Shown here: positions 1-14,859 of the stretch, one piece after another
How positions within the stretch are numbered: position 1 is the first letter of the stretch
Layout: each line of letters starts with the position of its first letter
Assembly (NCBI GenBank): GCA_028826165.1
Contig: JAPDFW010000092.1
Span: 992,001 to 1,056,000 of the forward strand
Source: Anaeramoeba ignava BMAN
Lineage: Eukaryota; Protista; Anaeramoebae
Direction of reading: 5' to 3'
Length of the DNA: 64,000 nucleotides
Notes under the pieces: model-generated
Told to the model about the DNA's origin: nothing
The model's input: only the letters and a program-made list of their open reading frames with translations
Database searches by the model: none
Program-made: the position numbers and the translations under genes

Positions 1-1
1 G

Positions 2-476
2 GTTATATATATAAATATATATAAAATATTAAAATATTCATATAAAATATATAAAATATATAAAATAAATATTTATAAAATTTATAAAATCTTCATATAA
101 AAATATATAAAATATTTGTAAATATTTATAAAATATTTATATAAAATATTTATATAAAATATATAAAATATTCATATAAAATATTTATAAAATATTTATA
201 AAATATTTATAAAATATTTATAAAATATTTATATAAAATATTTATATAAAAAATATATAAAATCTTCATATAAAATCTTCATATAAAAAATATATAAAAT
301 ATTTATATAAAAAATATATAAAATATTTAAATAAAATATTCATAAAATATTTAAATAAAATATTCATAAAATATTTATATAAAATATTTATATAAAATAT
401 TTATATAAAATCTTCATATAAAATATATATAAAATATTTACATAAAATATTCATATAAAATCTTCATATAAAATAG
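2..476 (+). repeat. SZT2 intron (G|GTTATA...ATAG) filled with degenerate (ATAAAATATTT/ATAAAATCTTC)n repeats
   Basis: GT at 2-3 and AG at 475-476. A phase-1 join gives Gly in frame with the SZT2 exon. Confidence 0.7.
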
Positions 477-3400
477 GCTCACCTCCTCCAATAATTTATT
501 CGCAATTTATCATATCAGAATACAGACTAAGTGCTGTTTTTATTGACGTCTTGGATGCAAGATTTAAAGAAGGATTTATTTTATATAAATTTAATATTAA
601 ATCAGAAGATGAACTGGAATTCGATATCCCAATAAGATGTGAAACTCTCCAAATTGATCTTGGCCTTCATTGGCTAAATGGAGCAAAATTAATTTATAGA
701 GTAGAACAAAAAAGAAGAATTGTTGCAAAAAATTACGAGGATATGAACAAATACGCATTTTCAATGGAACTTCTTCAAATATCAATCATTTTGCATTCAG
801 ATTTAAATTTCATCGATCATTTCAGAAATTCATATCCAAATGAAACCCCAGTTGGATCAGCATCTAAATTGAACAACTTTATAGATTCAATCATGGAAAC
901 AGACAATCTTTTAACAAGATTACACAATTTCGCAAGCAACCAATTTTTGGAAGCTTTGCCAATAGATACATTCCTTTCAGGAACACCAAAAAATCAATGG
1001 CATTATTGCTTTACAATTGACAAATTTAGCGTGATTTTAAATACGCCTGATAAAATCACTCTTGAACACTGCAATCCACAAAAACTCAACGAACATTTCA
1101 ACCATTTATATGATGGATTGCAGAAATTTTTCAAGAAATGGGGGAAAAATTTGGATAAAAATTTATTTTTAAAAGTGTCAAGAAATTTGAATGAAAAAAC
1201 ACCGATTCAAATATCACTCTCTTCATACTATAAATATCAAGAAGAGAAGCAAAAAAGAGAGGCAGGAATGAATATCGAAGATTTGGAATATCAAGCAAAC
1301 ATGAATCAAAACACAGGATTAAGAAGGAATTTTGAAAGTGGGAAAATCCCACCATTTTCACTGGATCACCAACAAGGACTTCCATTTTGTGTTGTAAAAT
1401 TATTGAGGAACCCGAATAGTGTTGTTGAAATATTCATGGGCTTTTATGGGTTATCATCCTTGGAAACATTGAAAATTTCTCGGCAAGAATTGAAGAAGGA
1501 AATGACAAACATTAAGTCATTGAAAGAAGACAAATCAATATTCAAATCCATGCCGAGTTTCCTCACAATGAATGTGAAAAGTGAAGAGGACGATTTTGCC
1601 AAGACAACATTGTGGCCGTTTTATTTCTGTGAAAGAAATACTGGGCCTTTGATAAGTTCTTTTCGCGATATTGAACAGAAAACAAAGAAATCGCGAATAT
1701 TTGATTTGGATGAAGAAGATCAAAACTCAAAATTACAAAGAGAGAAAATCAATATGAACATGAACATGAATATGAATATGAATATGAATATCAACATAAA
1801 TAACAACGCAAATAATAAAATTGGGAAACAAGTACTTTTGCAAAATGAAATTACTGCGCAACAAACAAAAAAAATAATAAATGAAACAAATAGTGTAAAT
1901 GATAGTAAAAATAGTAGTATAACTGACAGTATTATCGATATCATCAATGACAGCGGGAACAATAGCGCCAACGAAAGCCTCTCCAATAGTATCAAAAGCA
2001 TGATCAATGCGAACGAAGATATGAGCACAATCAAGACGCAGAACGAAAGTGAAGAGAAGCGTGAGGAAATAGAATTTGAAAGTGGAAATCCAAAAAAAGA
2101 AACAACAACAAAAATTACTCCACAAAAATATCACAACGGAGAAGAAAGAAAGAAGAGCGTATTTGGGCAATCAATGCTTCTTGATGCAGAGACAACCAAG
2201 AAGAACGAGAATACCCAAACAAGAGGGGTTCTTCGTGGTTACAACATGAAAAAGACCGCTGAAGAGCAGAACATGGCACGACTGCGTGTTGCTCCTTACG
2301 AGCTTCCGCAGTTAGCGGTCATCAAGTCTTATATGTACACAAAACGATGGACATGGCATCCCCATTCGGCTCAGACACTTGATGAGTTTGTAAAGCTTCT
2401 GCGATACAGACGACTTTCAGAAAAATTTCTTGTGACCCAAGAGGATGAACTTATTTTTTACAAAGAGCTCGCGCTGACGCAGAGCATCAACACAATGCGC
2501 GAGCATACAATCGCATCACCATCCATGGTGCAGTATTTGGTGCGCGTGGATCGGGATGTTCTTGTGACAGAACTTGCAATGGAACCGCAAGCGAGTGTGG
2601 GATATCTCAACCGCAACGAATTTTTTCCCAGTTCAACTGACGAAATCTTCAGTGATCTTGCCAGTTATTTCTATGAGAATGACTGCAAAATATTCTCGCG
2701 AGTTTCAACGTTTGGGCTTCTTGACTCAATGTGTTTACAGAAAAATAGCTTTGTTCTTAATCTTCATTCCAAACAATATTACAAAGAAAATCCTGAAACA
2801 ACTCCTCGTTTTGAGCTCGCATGGCTTGGCGGGTGTCGACGCCAGGTCATTCAATTGGAGATGCTCAGCGAGAAGGAGATAAAAAATGTGGACGAAAAAA
2901 CCGCGCAAATACAGAACGAAAAGGGAAACTACTTGCTGTATTTGCTTCTTTGGAAGGAGCTACTAATTGCTACTGATATTGTTCTCCCAATGAAAAAGAA
3001 GACCTGGGACTTCAATCCCAGAGAAGAGCTTCACGGTGAATTAGACATCAATGAAATGCTCGAAGGCTATCCGAGCGACTATTCTCAAAGCACCGCCACA
3101 AAAGGTGGAAAATGCTTTGCAAGAAGAGTCGCTGCTGATGTTCTTCTTCTTTTTTTTCTTCCAAGTTGGGATTATTTCCGCAGTCTTAGTCTTGAAAACC
3201 GCAAGAAAAACTCTCCTCTTTCTAGACGCTTCACAGTTGTTTGTGTAGAGTGGAGAAAATCAAGCTATCATTGGGCAAATATAGAAAATCCATATCCCAA
3301 ATCTAATTCTGTTCCTGATCCTCAATTTCCTGTTTTATCCGATTCCCAATCAAACCAATCCAAACAGAACCAAATAATCTCAATGCTTCTTCAGGCAACA

Positions 3401-6400
3401 ATTTCTCCTTCTGTTGTTAAAAATGAAAGCTATCTCGAAAGTGATTCTGAAAACGAAAATGAAAATGAAGATGATATTCTTATTGATTCACAATTTAAAT
3501 CAAAATCAAAATCAAAATCAAAATCAAATCAAAAAATTTCCAAAATTTTCGAAGATGCAAAAAATCAACTTGTGAAGTCTCATAATAACAACTTTGTTCG
3601 TTGTGGATTTGCTTGCATGAGATCAGGGATTGAGCTTTCTACAGGAAACGTCAAGCAAATCATTCGTTTATGCGAAGAAAACCGCTGCGAAATTGATCTA
3701 ACAAATTTTTTCCAAGTCTCACTTGAAGCACAAAAAAGTTGCAAGGATTTCTCAATCGAAACTGAAGATCAAAACTTGCAGAAAAGATTTGAAGGAATCA
3801 TAGCACAAAATTTTCAGCCGTTGAAAAACTTAAGAGATCGACATTATTATTACAGTCCAAATACAGAGAATAAACGAATTGGAACATATATTGATACGAA
3901 AACAAAGCATGTGATCAACTCTCTTCTTAAATTTCGCGACTCAAACAAATTCAGTTGTGAAATTAACATGCCTCTTTTTCTGGGATTTGATTTTGCTTGC
4001 GAATTTGACGAATGGAAAAGTGGAAGAGAAAAAGGGATCACAAAATCATTCAACAAAACAATAACAATCTCAGTGTCAATGCTTCCGACACCAGAGAATC
4101 AGCGACATGTAATAGGAGCAGGACGTGATAGTGGGAAAATTGAAGCGGGAATGGAGAGACGCAGTGTAATTTATGAACCGAAAAAAGTGTCGTTTTTTCT
4201 TGTTGTTCTGAAGCTTCCAATAGAAAACAACGAGGACGTTTTTAATGAGGATTGGCTTTTTTCAGGAGGAGGAGTTATCCCTCAGGACACAACCCATGTG
4301 GCAGATCCTCATGGTCTTTTTGCAAATGATGGACTTGGAAGAGATAATTCTCACGATATAACAGACGTAATTCGATCCAACAGAAATAACGACACAAAAG
4401 ATTTGCAATGTTATCCTGGTTATTTTCGAGATCCATTGAATGAGATGCTTGGACTTCCATCTTCCCATTTGAAATCACTGCAAACATCTGTAAATAATGT
4501 GGATTCTTTAATCCAAGAAGAAACTCTCCACAGACTCAAGTTTTGGCTGCCGATTAAAAGGGAATCCGTTGTTCTTGTCCTTTCAATTTCCCGTTCGATT
4601 TCTTCACAATATGTTGGATATGTCCGGATCCAAAATGTATTTGTGGATCCTGACAAAGGACAATCGATTTTTCCTGGAAACTTTGTTTCGGATCATCTTT
4701 ATGTTCTTCATAGATTCTCTCAATATTACGTTCTTGTTGAGAAATCTGTGCTCGGAAACCCACTTCCTTCGCAAGAAAACCTCAAATCCATTGTTCTTCC
4801 TTATTGGCTTTGTTTGAAACTCTAAAGCCAGATTCTGCTTCTTTAGCTTTTCATTCAAGAACAATTTTTGGTGAGCAAAGACAAGCGCTTTTTGATCATG
4901 CTCTTCATGCTATCGAACACACTACAAAGCTCACTAACCAGCAAATACTTCTCCAAAAACTTTGGAATCAACATTTGTGCAGCTCGTATCTTGTCCCGCC
5001 TCCTCAGAAACAATCCAAGAATGAGAGGGACAGATCACCTTTGTATATCGACGATGAAGATCTTCTTTTTCTTCGTTTTTCTGAGGGACAATTCCAATGT
5101 CCTTGCCACGAAAAAATACGCGTCTCGATCCCTCTTGTAAAAAGACTTGATCCACAATCTGTTCTTGAGCATCTGAAAATTGGGATGCTGCGTCCTTTTC
5201 TTGTTAAAAATAGACCCAACTTACTTGTTTATACTGAAAACGATCAGAAATCAATATTCTATATTATTTTCGGACTTTCAAAATCGAATCCCAAGAAATC
5301 ACAAGCAAAAAAGCCAAGAGGTGCCTATTCATTATTACTTAAATTCCATGGAATTGAAAAGCCTTCTGCAGAAGGGATCCAGAAATGGCGAAAAGAAATC
5401 AAAATCAAAATCAAAGAATTCACGATCCAAATAATTGCGCAATTCATGCGTAGTTCTCCTTCTTGCGTTCTTACCAATCAAGATTTGCAATTTCTTCTTC
5501 CCCAAAAGAAAAACCCTGATAAAATATTCCGAATTGAATTGCCAACTTTTGTGACCAATCCCGTTGATTTACTTATTTTTCTTCGCCAAAATCTCTCACA
5601 ATTTCTTGTTTGCGTATCCTTTGATTTCATCACTTCTAGCCATTCTGGAAACGCTTTCAAAAGACCCGATTTCCGTTCTGCAAATTCTTCTGATTGGTCA
5701 ACACTATCTTTTTCCACCCAAATTTCTTTTGGTTTATCCGATCTTGTTTTTGCATATTTTCCCAATCCCCAAAATTATCTTTTTGGCTCTGGTCTTGCTT
5801 TCATTGTTATTTCTCCTCTTGATTATTCTTTGGATCTTTGTCCCAATTTCTTGCATTTTTCTTCTCCTCAATTAATGAATGGTCTTGATCCCAAATCTTT
5901 TTCTCCACAAAATATTATTTTTGATGAGATTGATGGAAACGAAAAAACAGCAACTTTTCGTGATTTTATTTATTCTTCAGAAAGTTCAATAAATAAAAAG
6001 CAAAATTCATCAAATAAAAAAGAAGACTCAAATATAAACCTCAAATATTGCACACACTTGCTTTTTGAGGTTTTTTCACTTGATTCTATCGATATAGAAC
6101 CTCTTTCTCAGCGAATCAAGAAATGTTTCATTCAATCCCTTTATGAATATGGTATTCAACACTCAATTTCAACAGTGCCTTCTAAAACATCTCCATTCAA
6201 CTTCCAAAAAACACTTTTTGGTGCTTCGGAATGTTTAACACCTTCTGTTCAAAGACTCTCGACAACAGTCCATTTCCCTTCATCTGTTCGCATTCCTTTT
6301 ATTAAACAAATTCACAGAATTGTATCATTTCTTAATCCAAATCTTACGATATTTAAAATAATGCTCCAATCTCGCAAAAAACCTAAAACAATATCCCGTA

Positions 6401-9400
6401 TTTTGGATTGCGAAGATCCTGAACAATGCAAAATTCTTGAAGATCAAGAACGTGGTTTTTATATTTTGGTTACTCAAGATATAACCGAATCCGTCTTGGA
6501 ATCTCCTCAAATATCAAATATTCACAATCCAAATTTGAATTTGAATTTGAATTTTAATTTTAATTTGAATTTTAATTTTAATTTGGATTCGAATCCAAAT
6601 AATCACAACCAAAAACCAAAACAATCTTTCTCTTCTTTCAAACAAGATTCCAATTCTCAAAACAAATTTCTTTTCCCAAAATTTCAGCTTATTGACAAAT
6701 TGAATAATCCTGTTTCTGTTTTTCGCAAATCATTTTTTTTTCTTGCTTGTTCTGATCAAAAAATGAGTATCTATACTTTCAATTGGATATTCGAAGATGT
6801 CCAAAGACTCTGTGATCTTGTGAATGAACTGATTTTGTGGATCGAAGCAAGACACAGAATTTTTACCAGTATTATTATGCAAAAATTAGGAATCAAACAT
6901 ATATCAACAACCTCTAAATGGGATGATTATCGATTTCCCATTTTGAAATCTACAATTCCTTCTAAAAACAATGACCAAAATTCTGGAGTTTCATCTCCTC
7001 CATTTCAATTTTCATCTTTTTTATTGAAAAATGTGGAAAATTTAATTGTATTTGATTTTCCATTAAAAAATAACAAATTTGTTCCTGTGAAAGTTCCTGA
7101 AAAAAAAGAAAATGAAAAACCGAAAATGCAAATTGCAAATAATATTGAAAATATGAATATTGATTCAATTTCTATTGAAGAAAAAGATCATGATTTAAAA
7201 AATGAAAATGAAAATGAAAATGAAAATGAAAATCAAAATCAAAATCAAAATCAAAATCAAAATCAAAATCAAAATCAAAATCAAAATATCATTAATGAAA
7301 ATAGCAAAGTTAAGGAATTCATCAGAGAAACACTATCTCTAATCAATGAAAATCATCACCAAATAACAAGATTTTCTTTCGATAGACTTTTCTGGGATCT
7401 TGTTCATTTTATGGACTTTCAACAATACAGAATAATATTTCCTTTTTCGAAAATGATTAATATCCATCCAATTCTTTTCCACAGTTTATCTTTCCTGAAA
7501 ATTCTGTATTTCTGCGCTTCTCGTAGAAATTTCCAAATCAAAACACTTGAGGCCACACGTATATTAAAAGGAGCTCTTGAAGAAGATCCAGTCGCTCTTC
7601 AAGAACTGGATCTGAAGAAAATTCTTTCACTTTCCAATTTAGTTTATAATGCAAAAGTTCCATTGGTTTTTGAGCATTTTGCACCAATTCATGACAACGA
7701 ACAACCAAATATCAACCAAGAACAATTTGATTTGCAAACTACACAAGATAAATTACACAAATATTTCCTCTATTTCATTATTCAGGAATATTCCAGTTAT
7801 TTAAAGTCAAAGGGAATCCAAAAAATCAATGTGAATTATCAAACGCACAAAACCGAAGTGAAGGTTGAATTGGATCATCAGCCAAAATATCCTTATGTAG
7901 AGGAAGATCTGAAAGGAAAAGAGCAGGCAACAGAAAGAAACATATATTTCTGGAGGGGAATCAACAAGGCAACAATGTTTATTGAAATTTCGTTTTATTA
8001 TCATTTTATCATTTTGAAAGTTTTTCTTTTTCCTCACACCGAAAATTTACACGAAAGAGGAAGCACACCTGATCATTTAATCAACTATTATTCTGAAATT
8101 ATGGAAATACAACAACTCTTACGCTTCAATTCTTTTGTTTATGATTCGATTGTTGAGAAGTTCCAAGAATATTTTAAATCAAAAGAAACTCAATCAAAAT
8201 TCACACTTGAAGAATTCAAGAATGCAATGACAATATTTTATGGATATTTTCCCAGAATCGCCTATGTTTGTCGAAAATTCAATCAATCTCAATATATTGA
8301 ATATTGATACAAATGTTGTAGTTAATCCAAATAAATTTTTGATGAATTTATACGAACGCACAAAAGATTTGGGATTTGATTTTATTAAAGTTGGAAATCA
8401 AGTGAGTGCTATTTTTGTCAGTTCTAATGAAAAAAACAAGCACTTTTTCCAAAACAAAAATCAAAACAAAAATCAAAACAAAAACCAAAACAAAAATCAA
8501 AACAAAAATCAAAACAAAAACCAAAACAAAAACCAAAACAAAAACCAAAACAAAAATCAAAACAAAAAAAATATTGATATTGATATTGCAAATTTTGATA
8601 CTGATACTGATGATAATAATATTGATATTGATTTCAAAAAATCTCCATCTTATTCTCTTATTATATTTGCAAATTGTGAAAAGAAAATGCAAATCCAAAA
8701 AATTGAATCAAGTTCTTTCCAGCTTGTTGTTGAATTTTTCACATTGAAAAATAGACCCGAAATAGCAAATCAGACAGAAGAAATATATCAAAATAATCTT
8801 CATAAAATGATAGAAAATCAGGCACTTATCAAATCACCAACAGAAAGACTTCTCAATTTGAACAATTCATTATCACCAATTCAAAATCAAGAAAATATTT
8901 TACGCTCAGATACAAAAAAAAGACGGTTTTTCCCATTCGAAATGAGGATGAACCAGCAAATCTCACATTCACCTTCACCTCAACAACACAGCCACAGAAA
9001 ACTTCCAATAATAACTCAATCATCCACTCAAAAATTAACACAAATTCATTTGAAAGAACAAAATTTGATCAAACCCGAAGATTCCGGTTTTGATCTCATT
9101 TTATCTCCTAAACAAAGACACAAACAGCACAACGGACAAGAAAAGAGTCACAGTATTAATCAAAAGATTCTGGATCCAAAAGTGGCTGTTTCTTTTTCTT
9201 TCTCTCCAGATTCAGAATCTGTGATGATCGACTCACTCGACCAAAAACTTCCCGAACACATTATTTCTCTTTTGGATCCAATCAAGTTTGCAATCGACGA
9301 ATGCAATCTTCAACGAACATGGAAAAAGCTGGAAACGCCTGTTGGAATGATGCCTCAAATTGTTTTACCAGAGATGAGTGAAATGGATGATCTTTCAATT

Positions 9401-9814
9401 CATGATGAAGAATTTCGTAATTTAATTCAACTTGTTCATCGAATTCCGATCCAAAAATTGGACAATAAAGTTTACAAGAAAATTCTTCGTTTCCGAGATA
9501 AACCTCTTCTTTTTACACATTTGTGTCAGATATATAAGGGTCGGTTGAGACGTTTTGGTCTTGATAAAAATGCTCATATGGTTTTAGTTTGTTCAAGAAC
9601 GTTTTTTTTACATTTTATTTTATCAAAAGAAGGAAAAAGTTTTTCTTTTGAGATTTGTCGCAAATCAAAACCTCAATTTGATCCTGAGAAGAAACTTCCA
9701 CAAGAATATAATCCTGATGTTGTTGAGATTACTCAACTTGAAAGAAGATATGTGAATGAAGTTGTTAATCATATTTGCAGTTATATTTTAAGATCTTTAA
9801 TGAATTTGAATTAA
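477..9814 (+). CDS. SZT2: KICSTOR subunit SZT2, 5'-partial; one giant exon read across two 1-nt homopolymer frameshifts (about 4810 and about 8252)
   Basis: ORFs 551-4825, 4804-8307 and 8240-9814 join into about 3100 aa. SZT2-like blocks: EYRLSAVFIDVLDARFKEGF...LGLHWLNGAKLIYRV, LPYWL..., RPFLVKNRPNLLVY, LKFHGIEKP...LTNQDLQFL, YFPESPMFVENSI. Acceptor TAG at 474-476 with an open frame upstream of 551. Confidence 0.85.
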
Positions 9815-10037
9815 TAAAATTTATTTAAAAACAAAAACAAAAACAAAAACAAAAACAAAAACAAAATTAAAATTAAAAATAGTTTTTTGGTTTAAAAGAA
9901 TTGTATTGAAATGATTTTAAAAAAAAAAAAAGTTTTGTTTCTTTTTTGTTATTGTGAATTTTCTGATTGAATTTGAAATTAAAATTGGAAATTAAAATTG
10001 GAAATTAAAATTGTAATGAAAATAATTTTTAAAAGCT

Positions 10038-12116
10038 CTATTTCTTTTTTGGTTTTGGTTTTTGTTTTTGAACTCTTTTTTGTTGTCTTTCTTTCTTTTT
10101 TTGTTGTATTTCTTTTTTCTTTTCTTGGAATTTCTTCTTTAATTCAGCTTTATTCTTTGTTTCTTGTTTTTTGGGTTGTTCTTTTGGTTTTTCTATAAGA
10201 TTGTCTTTTGGTTTGTCTTTTGGTTTTTCTTGTTTATCAACTTCTTGAAGAAGTCCTCTTCTCTTTTCTTTAAGTCTCTTTGTTCTGTTTCTTCTTGCTT
10301 CGGCTTGTTTTAATAAAAGATCCTCTTTTTTTTTTTCAATCTTTGTCTTTACAATGTGTTCCATTAAACTTTTCTTGTTTTTAAATACATTTCCTTTTAC
10401 TTTCATATAAAGCTCGTGATGAAGATGTTTGTCAATTTTGCCTTTTTCTCGATATTTTTTAAGTAATCTTCTTAAAGCTCTAATTCTTCGCATCCATAAA
10501 ATTTTTGTTGGCATTCTTGCCTCTCTTGTTCCTTTTCTCTTACCAAGTCCTGTATGTCTTCCTGTTTATTTTTTGAATTTAAATATTGAATTAAATATTG
10601 AATTATTATTGAATTTAAAAATTGAATTTAAAAATTGAATTTAAAAATTGAATTTAAAAATTGAATTTAAAAATTGAATTTAAAAATTGAATTTAAAAAT
10701 TGAATTTAAAAATTGAATTTAAATATTATTGAATTAAATATTGAATTATTTTTGAATTAAATATTGAATTAAATTATTTTTGAATTAAATTGAATTAAAT
10801 ATTGAATTAAATTATTATTGAATTGAATTGAATTATTTTTGAATTAAATTATTATTGAATTATTATTGAATTATTATTGAATTTAAAAATTGAATTAAAT
10901 TATTATTGAATTGAATTATTTTTGAATTAATTATTGAATTAAATTAATATTGAATTAAATATTGAATTAAATTATTTTTAAATTAAATATTGAATTAAAT
11001 TATTATTGAATTATTATTGAATTATTATTGAATTGAATTATTATTAAATATTGAATTAAATTATTATTAAATTATTATTAAATATTGAATTAAATATTGA
11101 ATTAAATTATTTTTAAATTATTATTAAATTAAATTATTTTTGAATTAAATTATTATTGAATTAAATTATTGAATTATTATTGAATTAAATATTAAATTAA
11201 ATTATTATTAAATTGAATTATTAAATTAAATTATTAATGAATTAAATATTGAATTAAATTATTATTGAATTATTATTGAATTATTTTTGAATTAAGTTAT
11301 TTTTAAATTATTATTGAATTTAAAAATTGAATTTAAAAATTGAATTTAAATATTGAATTATTATTGAATTATATATTGAATAAATATTGAATTAAATTAT
11401 TAAATTAAATTATTATTGAATTATTATTGAATTTAAATATTGAATTGAATTATTATTGAATTATATTATTATTAAATTAAATTATTATTAAATTAAATAT
11501 TGAATTAAATTATTATTGAATTAAATATTGAATTAAATTATTATTAAATTAAATTAATAATGAATTAAATTAATAATGAATTAAATTATTATTAAATTGA
11601 ATTATTTTTGAATTATTATTGAATTATTTTTGAATTATTATTAAATTGAATTATTGAATTAAGTTATTTTTAAATTGAATTATATTTAAATTATATTATT
11701 AAATTAAATTATTATTGAATTAAATTATTATTGAATTAAATTATTATTAAATTAAATTATTTTTGAATTAAATATTGAATTGAATTATTTTTGAATTAAA
11801 TATTGAATTAAATTATTATTAAATTAAATTATTATTGAATTAAATATTGAATTAAATTATTTTTAAATTGAATTATATTTAAATTATATTTAAAATTACC
11901 TTTTCTTTTAGCAATAAGTCTTGCACGAACTCTTGCTCTAGAATGAATTTTAACAGGTTTTTTGACAATTAATCCATCTCGATACATCTTTCTAATACTT
12001 TGTCTTGTATTGGCTAATGATAATGTTGATATTTCATTTGGATCTAACCATACTCTTCTTTTTCCAACTCCTAAAACAGAAGATGCTAATCTTTTTTGTA
12101 ATTTTAATGATGCCAT
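10038..12116 (-). CDS. RPL19: 60S ribosomal protein L19 (eL19); exons 12116-11900 and 10561-10038
   Basis: [28 protein letters not shown]...KRKG|[38 protein letters not shown]. Intron 11899-10562 is GTAATT...AACAG. Confidence 0.97.
10562..11899 (-). repeat. 1.34-kb RPL19 intron made of degenerate TTGAATTAAA/TTATTA repeats
   Basis: Continuous low-complexity repeat bounded by GT and AG on the minus strand. Confidence 0.9.
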
Positions 12117-12211
12117 CTGTTGATTTTTATTTTCAATTCAAATTTTATAATTTAATTTTTTAATTTTTAATATTTTAATTTAATTTAATTTAATTATTTA
12201 ATTTAATTTAC
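12117..12211 (-). other. Probable 5'-UTR intron of RPL19 ending directly at the start codon (CAG|ATG)
   Basis: The minus strand reads ...CATTTTCTT|GTAAAT (12211) ... AATCAACAG|ATGGCA. Confidence 0.55.
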
Positions 12212-14859
12212 AAGAAAATGAAAAATGAAAAAAAAAAAAAAATTTTTTTTCTTTGTTTTTAAAAAATAAAAAAGGGGAAAATATTTTTTCAAATTTCTCC
12301 TTTTTATTTAAATTTTTTTTTTAATTAAAAACAAAAAAAAAACCTTTTTATCTTTCTTTCATTATTTAATTATTTAATTATCTTTCTTTCATTATTTCAT
12401 TATCTTTCTTTCATTATTTAATTATTTAATTATCTTTCTTTCTTTATTTAATTATTTAATTATTTGATTATTTAATTATTTCATTATTTAATTATTTAAT
12501 TATTTAATTATCTAATTATTTCATTATTTAATTATCTTTCTTTAATTATTTAATTATTTAATATTTAATTATTTCATTATTTAATTATTTAATTATTTAA
12601 TTATTTAATTATTTAATTATTTAATTATTTAATTATCTTTCTTTCATTATTTAATTATTTAATTATTTTTTATTTCATTATTTAATTATTTAATTTTCTT
12701 TCTTTTATTTCATTATTTCATTATTTTGTTTATTTATTTTTTTTATTTTATTATTTAATTATTTCATTATTTTCTTTATTTAATTATTTTGTTATTTCAT
12801 TATTTTTTTTTTGAGAAAGTTCCATTTTTTAATTAAGAAATTGGAAATTGAAATTATTGTTTTCATTATTGATTTTTATTCATTATTTCAAAAATCATAT
12901 TCCAAATTATTCCATTATTTAATTTTTCAAATTTATTATTTTGTTGTTTTAATTATTTAATTGTTGGTTTTCAAGAATTTTTAATTATTTCAAATTTTTT
13001 AATTTTTTATTTAATTTTAGATTAAATTTATATTAAATTTAGATTAAATTTTAGATTAAATTTTTGATTAAATTTTTAATTAAATTTTATATTTAATTTT
13101 TGAATTAATTTTAGATTTAATTTTTATTTTTATTTTTAATTATTTAATTTTATTTAATTTTTAATTAAATTATTTAATTATTTTTTATTTAATTTTTAGA
13201 TTAAATTTTATATTTAATTTATATTTAATTTTTTGATTATTTAATTAAATTTTAATTTAATTTAATTATTTTAATTAAATTTTATTTTAATTTTTAATTA
13301 TTATAATTATTTAAATTTTTATTTAATTTTTTAATTAAATTTAATTATTTTTTTTTCATTATTTTATTATTTAATTTTTTCTTTAATTTTTTATTAAATT
13401 GTTATTAAATTTTATTTTTTTTATTCTTTTTTATTTTTTTTATTATTCTCATTATTTTTATTAAATTTTATATTATTTTATATTTATTTTCGTTAAATTT
13501 TTATTTTTCATTTTATTTTAATTTTATAGAAAATTTTAGATTTAATGATAAATAAAATTGGACTTTGAAAAAAAGTTATTGTTCTGAATTAATATTGATT
13601 TTTATTCATTATTTCAAAAAAATCAAATTAAAAATTAAAAATTAAAAATATTTAGTTTTTCAAATAAATTGTATTTTAATCCTGTTCCATCAAAACTGAA
13701 AGGAGAAGGTTAATTTTTGAAGAATAAATTTTTACAAAGTTTTTCCTTCAAAATTTTAAATTTTTGATTTAATTTTAAAAATAATTGCAGGAAGATTTTT
13801 AATTTAATTTTTGATTAACTTGTATCTTTTTAAATTAAATTTTTTATTATATCCAAAAATTTAATTTTTAATATTAAATTTTTGGATTGATTTTTTAGAT
13901 TTAATTTTTAAATTTTAAGTTTTTGATTAAATTTTTTTGATCCAATTTAATTTTAGATTAAATTTGAAATTAAATTTTTTTATATTAAAGATTTTACCAT
14001 TTTATATATTTCGGAAAAATTTTAATTTTTTTTAATTTTAATTTTAATTTTAATTTTAATTTTAATTTTAATTTTAATTTTTTTGATTTTATTTTTATTT
14101 TTAATTTTAATTTTAATTTTAATTTTAATTTTAATTTTTAATTTAATTTTAATTTTAATTTTATTTTATTAAATTTTAGATTTTAAATTTTATATTTAAT
14201 TTTATTTTAAATTTTATTTTAAATTTTAATTTTAAATTTTAATTTTAATTTTAATTTTAATAAAAGAATTTTGTAATTAATATTGATTTTTAATTTTAAA
14301 TTTTATATCAAATAATATTTTTAAATTAAAAATTATAAAAATTAAAAATTAAAATTTTAATTTTAATTTTTAATTTGATTTTTTCAAATAAATTTTATTT
14401 TAATTTAAATTTTATTTTAATCAAAAATTGAAATGAGAAGGATAATTTTAATTTGAATTTTAAATTTTAATTTAAATTTTAATGATTTTTTCAATTAAAA
14501 TATCAAATTTTAATTTTAAAAATAATATATAATTTAATCATCAGGAAGATTTTTTCAACTTAATTATCAATCTTGTTGTTTTTCATATATATAAAAAAGA
14601 AGGACTTTATTTTGAATAAAGAAAAATTTCTATCAATTAAAATGTGTTTTTAATGTTTGAAAAATTTTTTTGTGATTGATTTAATGGAATATTTTAATTT
14701 TATAAAGTTTTTCCCTAAAAGAAATTTTTGTGAATATTTTATTTCAATATAAATTTTAATTTCAGCAAGAATATTTGAAACAGAATTTTGAAATGAAATT
14801 TTTGATTTTGTTTCTGAGATTAAACCATTTAAATTTTATATATTTCGGAAAAATTTTAA

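Noticed and set aside
4795-8310. Programmed ribosomal frameshifting at the two SZT2 ORF overlaps
   Set aside because: Each is fixed by a single homopolymer change (CTTTG to CTTTTG, TTTCCCA to TTTCCA), in opposite directions. The same error type occurs in PIG-B, TAF2, Rho, WD-BTB, the VPS4-like gene and both BTB-TLDc genes, which points to long-read consensus error.
597-9041. Short antisense and alternate-frame ORFs overlapping SZT2 (and likewise the AAA, TAF2 and BTB-TLDc genes)
   Set aside because: They are shadow ORFs of real coding sequence with no recognisable motifs.
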